From Acanthaster planci (lineage: Eukaryota), in contig NW_019091355.1 in NCBI RefSeq assembly GCF_001949145.1, forward strand, positions 4,537,374 to 4,601,373: DNA of 64,000 bases. The letters run 5' to 3'. The notes beneath the pieces were generated by a model, which was not told the DNA's origin, ran no database searches, and saw only the letters and a list, made by a program, of their open reading frames with translations. Positions 53,823 to 64,000 of the stretch are shown one piece after another (position 1 is the stretch's first letter; each line of letters opens with the position of its first letter). A program made the translations under genes and the position numbers.

Positions 53823-56295
53823 ACACCTTCTTTTGTACATTGATAGTTTAGTATAAAATAAAATAGGTTGATGTAATATAAATATGACGTATTCCTTTTT
53901 TGTTCAATGGTATAAATCTAGAATAATGTAGCTTTATCTTACAATCGTATTCCAAATCACATTTTTGAAGAAAAAATGGAATGTTGTGACTTTTCACGAG
54001 TTTGCCAGTCATTGAGAGTAAATGCCTTACATTTTGGCAAAAGAGACTGACAGAAACGTCTTTAATCAATTTGGAAGTTCTATTTTTAATATTTTGTTAT
54101 GTAATAATTTTAGAGAAGTGTGAGATTGGATGCACATAGAAACGGAAGAGCGAGAGTGCGTAATTACGAATATCGGCAGTGAGAGTGTTTAGGTGTCGAC
54201 CCTAGGGATACTGCAAATATCGATAAGAAATACTGAACCCACAGGGGAAGTACACATGATGAAACTGAGTTTCGGAAACTGGAATTTAGAAACAGGATTT
54301 TCTCCAGAATGAAGATTCGGTTGAATTGATCGATTAAATGGTGGAATGATCAAAAGCCCACTGTGGCTTTTTTTCACTTACTCAAACTTTGAAAAGGAGA
54401 TGTTTAGTTTTGTTGGGATAACAAATATCAATGACACCTGAGAATCCAGGACATTGTCATACGGTCGGGACAGTTCTTGGACTAATTTTATCGCCACCCA
54501 GTAATGTCTTTGGGAAAGCTTACAATGTAATCCCTTGCAACAAGCAGGATAAAATTTGCATGATAGTCGAAGAGCCGGGTATACAAGCATCTGCGCAGTG
54601 CAACATGTCCGTTTTAATGAGTGGCCTTGCCTCGCGCCCAACCGGTCCAGTCCTCGTTTCTGATTGGCTGCGATGCCCGCCGGCTACGTTCGCCTGATGA
54701 GCTCTGATTGGACGATCGGCGTTGCGAGGTGGCGCTCACAAATTGAGGAAGACACGTTTACGTGTGCAAAGAAAGACGGACTCTTCACCTCTCATTTATA
54801 TTCCCGTCGCCTCCGAAAGACAAAAGTGTCAATTGTGACAAATCCATAAATCCTGGCTCTTGCGCCGTGACTCAGTATCTCTTTATTTGAAATTGAAGCA
54901 TTCTGGTTTTTTTTTTTCTTGAGGAACTGTTCCGGTAATTAACCAAGAATTACAGTAATGAATGGGGTGCGAAAAAAAATCCTGCATTCAAAAACTAATT
55001 TCTTGACAGAAGGTGAAGCCGGGGGTTACCTTAAAGCGGATTATGGACAAAATGGTCACTTTCACAAATCAGAATTCACAAGTGTACTAATGTATTTTTT
55101 AAAATCCGGTCCGTGGCGTGCACATTATTATAATCTATCGTTATTTTCTGTTTATCCTTTTTGCCCGTCTTTGCGAGGCTAGTTTATAATCCCAGTGTAC
55201 CAAACAGCGGTACATTGAATTCAATTATGACAACAGTGGTAATGTTTTGTTGTTGTTTTTTGGCACAAGTACTACGCACGTTTATTACAAACCTGTGACA
55301 TATTTAAAAGAAAATAGGCGTTATCGTATACAGTGATTTAAATTGGACGAGAAAAATCTATCCTTGTGTGGCGTTGTGTTTTGGCGCTTTTGTCCCACTG
55401 TTGGTGAATCAGTGATGCTTTCAACTGAGACAGTTTTGATAAATGTTACTATTTGATCGAAAAAAAAGTTTGGCTGCTCATGTTCTGGATTTCATTCACA
55501 TTATGTTTGCGTTTGGATTATGTATTCATTGTTCAGCGTGATTTCTCCATGGAGGCATCCCGACTTTTCAAATGCTCAATTTTTGTGCAAGGGATACGCT
55601 TAGGGGAATTTTGTAAAGCGTTCATTGTTTGTTTTTATGGCATTTCGGATCGAAAGAGAGTTTATGTTATCCACAACCTTTTTCCTCTCTACCTCTGAAA
55701 AAAGGAGTTAATTCAATGTGGGTGGGATAGTGCATTTGTGGTGGTTGGTTACAAAATGCATGTTTTGATGTTTCTTCATGCATTCAATGTTGCTATGCGC
55801 AACGGTGCTTTGATGGAAATTTTACTTTGATTTCATTCTCTGCATGTAAAAACAACCAAGTCTCTACTCCTCGAGGATTGGTCCATGTGCCAGCTTGCGC
55901 TCACCCTTATTGGCTTTCGTTGCTTGGTTTTCCAAATTGTCAATTATCCGGATTATGTTTCTGTCGTAAGTCGGTCTTTGAAAGTTAAATACCGGCACTG
56001 TATTCCGTTGTTTCCTATCAGTGTTTCTAGTTTGGAGTTTGTTCTCAATTATTGGACATGTTTATTTATTTATTTGCCTCTATGTACAGAATATTCATTC
56101 ACTTATACCTTCGGATCTCCTCACGTAGATCTTAATCCGATCATGGTATGTTTGTCTCGAGTGAACAGTCTAAAACACATTGTTTGTCTCGTTTGGATAT
56201 TTTTTATTTAAATCTGGTTTTGTGAGGGAATTTTTTTCTAATCAGACTTGTGAAATATGATGAAATGAAATAAAAGATACCGGAACAGAGAAATC
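53823..56295 (+). other. Putative Pitx 3'UTR
   Basis: T-rich sequence after the stop codon, with AATAAA at 53857-53862 and 56269-56274. The true end cannot be determined from sequence alone. Confidence 0.35.
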
Positions 56296-56561
56296 TTACC
56301 CTTAGTCGGTGTTATCCACGGGTCAGTAGCTGCCACATTTCCACGAAAGAGAAGTGGCGATAGGCAGCAACCGCAGACGGTACAACTTTTCAAAGAGATG
56401 TGTTTTTGTCCAATTACCGAAAAATTAACGTCTGAAATATTCTGTTCTTGGTTGAAACTTCTAAAAATTAATATGGCTGTCTGTTCCTCTCGTTGACCAT
56501 ATTCATATGACATGAAAGATCCATTCGGCTTTTTCTTTGTTTTGCTATTTTGTTTTGTAGG

Positions 56562-56596
56562 GTTGTTTGTTTGTTTGTTTGTTTATTTGTTTGTTT
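56562..56596. repeat. (GTTT)n microsatellite
   Basis: gttgtttgtttgtttgtttgtttatttgtttgttt. Confidence 0.85.
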
Positions 56597-58806
56597 TTGA
56601 CACTGACCAATGAGTTACCAATGCCTTTCAATGATTTTGTGCAGATGGTTGTTAAAAGGGATTATCTTAATTTTACTTCTCCGGTATATGCCCCGAATCC
56701 TATTTTAAAGAATACCTAATTTGTTGACTAAATGTGTGACCAAAAACATTTTACCACTTACTTTTCAGAATTTGTTTTTCCGTAGTTCTGATGTCATAGC
56801 TTCACTTTGCCTAGCCCCACTGGTGTGGTCAGCGCGCGCCGTTTCCCCCAAAGTTAATACAACAGTAAAGTCCCATCCACCTCGTGCAGCCAGATCCTGG
56901 CTTTTGGAACCATTTCAACAAGACTTTTTTGTATGCGCGAATACGGATTTTCTCCTCATGTGTATGGAGTCTTCGATTCCCATTTCAACAGCCTGCAACC
57001 CCACCCCAAATTGCAGTGGGTCAAGCAGTGTCGTAGTCGGAGCCCTTCATAAGTCCTCATAAATCCACCACAAGCCAGTCAAGTGAACTAAGACGAAGGC
57101 ATTACTTCGCCACTGTTCGTCCCTCGTGGCTGATGATCGGACTTAATATGGATAATGAACTTTGTTGTGATGGACTCGATCACAACACAAGGTTTATGAG
57201 TGGTACATCTGATGAATGAAAGAGATTTTATTCGGGGGTTTACCCTTGTCAGCAGTGCGAGAGGCAACAGACGGCAAATATCCCATTATGCCTCCATCCA
57301 TTTCCTCAGTCGTATACAACGTGGTAGGGATCGAGAGTCAAAGAAATGCCGTAGAAAGCCAAAACCAGTGTGAAAGTGAGAAAAACGCAGGTTATAGCTG
57401 AGAATAAGGACCGCCGCAGAAGGGGAGAGAAAGAGAGAGAAAGAGATGGTGGGACGAAGGGGGGGGGGAGGGGAAAACCGAGACTCTGTGTGGCTTGCCT
57501 AAGACCGTCATGAGGCTGACAGCCTGGCAGACGGGGCCCGCATCAAAAGTCATCAAGCCCGATAATCGCCGCTTGATTGCGCGCATTCCCCAGCGAGTTC
57601 CTATTACAAACAAGCTCGCGTCCGGACCGGCAGAAAAACCATCAACCGTCGGCCCGGCGGGAGGGGACAGGGGGAAAGAAAGGGGGGGGGAGGAAAAAAT
57701 CAGACAAGGGATGTAGGAAGAGAAAAGATGTTGATAATAGAGTCATCACACTCGTACCGCGATTTCAATCACGTCGTGCTTGTCATGTGAGATAATGAAC
57801 CGGAAAAATTGAGACAAATTCCCTTATGCACCGCTACAAGCATATTTGGAGTTCTTTTTTTCCGTGCAGATTTGGTCCGTTTATCGAAGGCGAGATGGGC
57901 ACGAGTGTCGGCTTCTCCAGGGATCTGTTGGCTTGGGATAGCAGCGTCTTTGCCCGGCTTCAGCCCCCCTCCTTCCTCGTCGACGTCCGTGGAGAATCCC
58001 GTTCAGGTTACAGGCTATTTGGACAAATTCGCTCCATAATTCACCGGCCAATTTGTCACAGAAAACAACCATTTTCCGCTCGGTAACACCCTTCTCTGAT
58101 TTTCAAGAGACGGTTCAGAAGCAGACAGAAAAGCCCGAAGAAGCACAAGCTAATGCGGCTTCACACCTTTGATGATAAATTAATTTATTCATGACACGGG
58201 TGTGACACAAATAAATGCATGTTTCATGTTTTTTTGTCATTACCGCCATAAAATATTCTGGTTTAGAAGAATGCACCAGAGGAAACACATTTTACTCACA
58301 TCTAGGAGTTTCCCTCGGAGTTTTGAAGTTTCTTCAGGATCCAAATGGACGGTGAGCGTCGCGTTGCCTCAAGAGTTGAGACTCATTCGACCGACTTCTT
58401 TATTTGTGTATTGGAGCGCCTGGGGCTTACGGTGATCCACCGATGCCATTCAACATTCTCTGTCAATGTACATGTACATGTGACTAAAACCCATACATCA
58501 CTACCTAGAAAGCACCCACGATTCCACGTTCCCGTGTTGGCTATTAGGGTTAGCTATACTCATCCTCTGTCGGTTCGTCCGTGGAGCTGGCTGCGGTCCA
58601 GCTCTCTCTTTGCATTTGAAAAGGTAGTTATTTCATTCATGAATATACTGCGTTTCATTTACTGTCCTTTAGATTGATTTTCCCAGCCTGTTCCTCTATT
58701 TACATTTGTTTATTTTGAAGGAATAAAAACGGGAAAGTTAGTTCGACAGTAGATCCCTCATCTCTTAGTCCAGTTGAGAACAACAAGCACATATCCATGT
58801 CTCATA

Positions 58807-58962
58807 CACTCTAAAACTTCCGGGTCACATTGACCCAGAATTGGGTCCCATTCGGTATGACCCTTTTCTGGGTCAAAATATGATCCCTTTGGAGTCGTAT
58901 TTGACCCGGAAAAGGGTTATAACCCAATTCTGGGTCAATCTGACCCGGAAGTGTTTAGAGTG
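58807..58962. mobile_element. Palindromic MITE, CACT...AGTG termini with TA flanks (CACTA/EnSpm-CMC-like non-autonomous element), 156 bp
   Basis: ta|cactctaaaacttccgggtcacattgacccagaattgggt ... acccaattctgggtcaatctgacccggaagtgtttagagtg|ta, with reiterated gggtca/tgaccc subterminal motifs. Confidence 0.9.
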
Positions 58963-61900
58963 TATTGTGTGTATATTTGTCTACCACTTCGTCCCCCTTC
59001 CTTCCCCTTTCCCAAATACAGCGTGGCAGTGCATCGCTTCCGCAGTATGAACTACGCGATGGTCTTACGCCAAGTGCCGGAGGTCCTGAGGATCGGCCAC
59101 CGATGGCCGTGCCTAGGCGTACATCTCGCCGAGTGATGCCCCTCATTAACGCCACTACTAATCCCCTCCGTCTTGGTGTCAGGGAAATTTGACTTGCAGA
59201 AAAACCCTTATCAACCCCTAAAAAAAAGTGAAACAGACGAGGGGAGATTCACACAACCGAAGCATATCCCCCGTAGCCAATGTATGTCGTCCCATGACAT
59301 CGCCCGTGCTGCGACATCCTACCCCATCAACGTCAAAATGATCGCGCCAGGACATTCACCATGAGTCCGGCAGCCCACATTTAACGTTTCTCTGGTCTTG
59401 TCCACCCGTTGCTTCTGGCCTGATGACTTTTCGCCACAGATGTGCAGAAATACGGACATTCTTTTTACCTCTAGTGTGACGGATGAACCTGCATTGCCAC
59501 CGGCTTTTTTGTCCCCCCCCCCAAATGACTAATAGTTTGAATAGATGCATCAAGCCAACTCACAAAGCCATTTGGTATTCATGAAGTCTCCTCTTTTGTT
59601 GCGTGGCCGCAAGCCGCCAGACGGAGCCCGCATCGGCCCTTCGTGTGGAGGACTGAGGTACAGGCAAGGGAAGGGGGGGGGAGAGGGAACTGGGATTCAG
59701 TGTGGATAATATCTTCAAATCAAAACACATCACTGTGGAGACTTGGACTCTCCTGGGGACGGCATCCTAAGAGGCAATTACACGGAATAATGCAAGATCG
59801 TAGTCGGAGGAAAATGGTCCGTTTGTTCTCCTCTGTCCCTTCGATGATCACCCCATAATTTGCCCTCAGTCCGATTACCAAATTGCATCCTCGAAAAAAA
59901 AATGCATGCCATGGAGACTCGTTTCAGGTTCTTTATTTTTTCTTTATCTGAACATGAAGTTGGTAGCAATTGTTATAAATATAAACCCTGATAAAAGTGT
60001 TCATTTTGTATTCCTAGGCAAGTCGTGCATCCATCAGTTATTGTTAAGTCTCTTCTTTTTCTTTCTTTTTTCTTGTTCTATTTTTCTTTTTTTCCCTTTT
60101 TGTTCCTCGTCTGCCGTTTTTCTTGGTTTTGTTTTGATAGCTTCCAATGGGAATCTATTCTGATATAGTCTTTTCCTAATCACACTTCACTCCACATGAA
60201 CAACATTTCTAACTAAAGCCATCAAAACAATCATTTTTTTTCATTCAGTTCAAATTTCGACAAATACCTCTGGGAATCTGTGATTCTACTTTGATTCATG
60301 TCTTCGTATTTTCCTTGAATGCGATGGCATGGAATCAAATTACGAAACCACCACTTTTGCAGGCAAATATTCTGCAGCGTCGTTTCTGGTGAGAGTTGGT
60401 CCAGGTATTTTTGGAGCTAATGGAGTAATACCGAAGCATGACGTCATTTGAACCAGGAAGTGTAGTGAAAACGTATGGAGTACGAGCGCGTGTTGATTCC
60501 AGAGCTGGTTCTCGCATTAATGGGCACCTTCGATTAGCTTCCACGAGTTAGCTTCGGGTTTGACCTATATAATAGTCCCCACCATCTTTCTGCTTGACAC
60601 TGCATACTCAGCCGTCTCCAGCTAATCCAGCTTTTTACACACATATTTGTGCGCGTGACCTATTCGCTCCGATACTCTGTAAGGTCTGCTCGACAGTCAA
60701 AAGTGCAATGCCCGGTAATAAATCGACCAATAATAAAAACTGGCGGTTCCTGGAACCTCATCGGGACGAAATGCTGCAGTCATGGACTCACGAACATTAT
60801 GCCATATGGTACAACAATTGCCCACCCGTTTAATGAGAAATCCTCAAAAACCTTTAATCGAGGGAAGCCGAGCACTCAATTAGAGATACAAGGTGAATTT
60901 CATGTGCATGTTTAGAATTACTGCATGCTGGGCGCGGTAGAGACAGGTTGTGCTTGGCCAAGAAGTGCATGGAGCGGCCCAATCACAGGCGGTAATATGC
61001 TGTGTCAGAGCTGATTGATTATTCACGTGAACTGAATCAGAAACATACCAAACCTTTGAGAAGGATGGACAAGGGTTGTTTCAAGGAGTGAGTCTCTTTG
61101 CGACGACAGGAAACGGGAGGAAAGGGTTTCAATGTAACAGACTGAACTCTATCGCAAAGTCCTCACAGGTCCGTCACAGACCACCCTGCTTCAAGTCAAG
61201 TTACAGGCTATTTGAGTGATTTCGGCAAAGATATTCCCTTCCTATTGTGACTGAACCGCTGGATTCATTTGCGATTTGACTTAATTGTGACCGGACTTGG
61301 TTGAGGACTGAATCGACTGTACGCCCCTTCGAATAGGGCACAGGTTTCAAGTGTGTGCAGATGTGCGCATTGTGAACATGTACTTTAGAAAAAAATCTGC
61401 TGCAGTCATTTCTAAATGGCGCAAACCGTCAATGCAGGTTTTTTTGCCCTGTGAGGCTGCAATTATACAAACTACTTGACTCTGGCGGTTTTCTTTTTCT
61501 GAATCTGTGATGCTGCCTTCCTCGTAGGGGCTTGTAGGAAGTTCAGCAATCGTGTAGGCTATCTCTTTCTCCTTACAGCACCCACATGACAAAACATCGC
61601 GTACAACGGTTTATGAGTTTCAGACGTGTTCCCACTGACTGAGCCAGTTCTCGAGTCAGGCCCTCTGATTGGCCCTCGTTTTGGGCGCTAATAAACACTT
61701 TGATTGATTTAAATACAAAAAATTCAACTGTTTTTTTTATATGAAACAATAGAATGCTCAGCTTCGAAAATACACTGTTCTTTCGTCACTTTCGATATAG
61801 GTTTTTTTTGGTACGAAAGTGACTCAAGCTTCTTACTGTAAAATTACTTGAGATTTTCTGTAGCCAATCAGCAAGATCAATAATATGTTCAACCTCATGC

Positions 61901-64000
61901 CCATGCTAAACAATTAAATTGCGCCAACTAAGGCGTGATCAGAGACAATAAATGGGGGGCAGTTTAACACACAAAAACAAGCCGTAATCAAGGATTCTGT
62001 CAAAGTTAAAGGAATGAGATTTTTTTGGGTCAAACACAGCTCCAAAAGATTTTTTTCAAAGAGACACGCACGCCATCATTCCTGGCCAACCAGGCAGATC
62101 CCCAGCATGTCGCCAGTCCGTCACAAGCCTGAATACTCCGGGAGAGTTCACGCGGGGGCCACCGCAGGTCCTCGAGCTACGCAACTATATCACCGCCAAA
62201 AACTGTATTAATAAGCAGGCAAAGAGACAACTGTTTTGAATGACGGTATTTTCCAGAATTAATCACCGCGACGCTTTTGAGCGCCGGCAGTGGAGGGGAA
62301 CGAACTTCTTTCTACCCTGCTGAATAACGCCATTTTTTCTCTTCTCTCACCGGACCTCAAGCAGCTGTCTCAGAAAGGCCCAATTTCGTGCGGAGTTAGG
62401 AAATATTATGAAAGAGCTTGAATAGGAACGACTTTTTCTAGTCCTGCCGGCCCGACAAACTTTTACTGTTTGAATTCTTCAATGGAAATTTGTAAATATT
62501 TATAAACAGATTGGCCCTTAGCATGAAAATGGCTTGTACCCATCGTATCCCGCCTGATTTGAGCCCGTAGTGGTTGAACTAATAAACGGTGAACCACTGA
62601 CAAATAGGCCTACCCAAAGCAGCCTCGTTTTCTAACACGCAACTTGTTGTCTTATGGTCTAAGATGAATCCGGACCAGTCACTATGGGCATTCGGGGAAT
62701 GGCCCAGCCTGAAACACAAGCGAACAAATAACTAATGTCAAGGTTTTGACTGTTGTTCTTAATGTACATACACATTTATCTTAAGGTTTTTGCAGCAGAC
62801 TCACTATACAAAAGAAACAATGATTGCTGGATGACAGGATGGCTAAGCTCTTCCGCTGTACCTAATTAATTGATCTGTTAAATTTGCGATGACACCGATG
62901 AGCGTTTAAAGGTTGATTTTTGGCTTATGGTTGTAATGGTTCCATTTTCATTATTTGTTCAAGCGACTTGGAGCATGCTTTTTGATGAAAAGGGCGCTTT
63001 ACAAATTTGGTATCATATTATTAAATAATGTTATCCGACAGTGTATTTGGGGATCATACTATTGGCGTTTCAGCACTTTCAAATCCTCTGTCTATTGTCA
63101 CCACTGTCTGTCGTAAATGTCACTCTCTCTTATCTAACACACTGCCAACGGATGATTTTCGAAGACTTCCGGAACAAGACGACATTGTTAAAACATGGCG
63201 CATGAGGTGTTTCCAAAAAGCTGTTAATTTCACCTTTGAGCGGCCAAGGGTAACTGTTGGTATGGACGCTAAGTCTTTCAGCAGTAAACGGTAATCCTAG
63301 CTTCCGGTCATGACTTTGTTTTCTGTCCCCTCCCACCCACACTCTCATAAAAAAAAACCCCACTGCAGATATATGGAGACATTGTTTACCCTTCTCTCTT
63401 TCGTCTGGTTTAATCTGCATAAGTGAATAATTCGTTCCGCACTGTACATTTGCAAACGGTGCGCCATGCGTTACGCTCGTAAACACGTCTCGTGTCTCAT
63501 GTCCAAAATAGGCTTGATCATAAAAAGAAGGGCATTTCAGTTTATTTTTTTTTTAGGTTGATTGAAAAGTTTGTAGTCAACATAAGCATCGAGGGTGCTT
63601 TTGTTTGAGAACTGTGGACCTACTTTTGACTTGAGTCGGGAGAATATCATTAAAAAGCACCAACAATGACCAACACTGGGCCCCATCCAGGTCTCTTGAA
63701 ATAACCTTGACGCCACGTCCACGTGAATTTTTTCAACAGAGACCAAAAGATAGCTTCCACTGAGGGGAAACCATAATGGGGAAGGGAAAAAAGGAGGAGT
63801 GTGCAGAGCAGTTATGTGTGAGAGACGGGCACGCTTGACTGCTCTGGCTGGCGGAGCGGAGCAGACAGACGTCTCCACAGAAACCCGTGCGCCTGCAGCT
63901 TGCCTAAAAGTATGTTTAAAATAAAGAGAAGAAAAAGTACTGTCGAACCTGCCCAGAGTTTACAGTCCCTGAGGTCGTAAATTATTGCACAATGGAACGG

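Overview
Animal (bilaterian invertebrate-like) genomic DNA, mostly non-coding. The only gene I can support is the paired-class K50 homeobox gene Pitx on the + strand. It has two shared exons: 46133-46350 (homeodomain residues 1-46) and 53295-53822 (VWFKN helix 3, Pitx C-terminus, OAR motif). It also has two apparent alternative N-terminal coding exons, 33025-33487 (~402 aa, polyQ-containing isoform) and 40235-40424 (~311 aa isoform); both end in phase-1 donors that join the homeobox exon in frame. A probable non-coding 5'UTR exon lies at 27707-27971. The remainder resembles a developmental-gene regulatory desert with GC/CpG-rich patches, several non-autonomous DNA transposons (MITEs), dispersed repeats and microsatellites. 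The most intriguing unexplained signal is a compact CRE-TATA-Kozak ATG-GTAAGT cassette on the minus strand at ~13.4-13.5 kb, suggesting an unidentified transcript divergent from Pitx. I see no CRISPR array, rRNA, intact tRNA, transposase or prokaryote-type system. The other listed ORFs look like noise.
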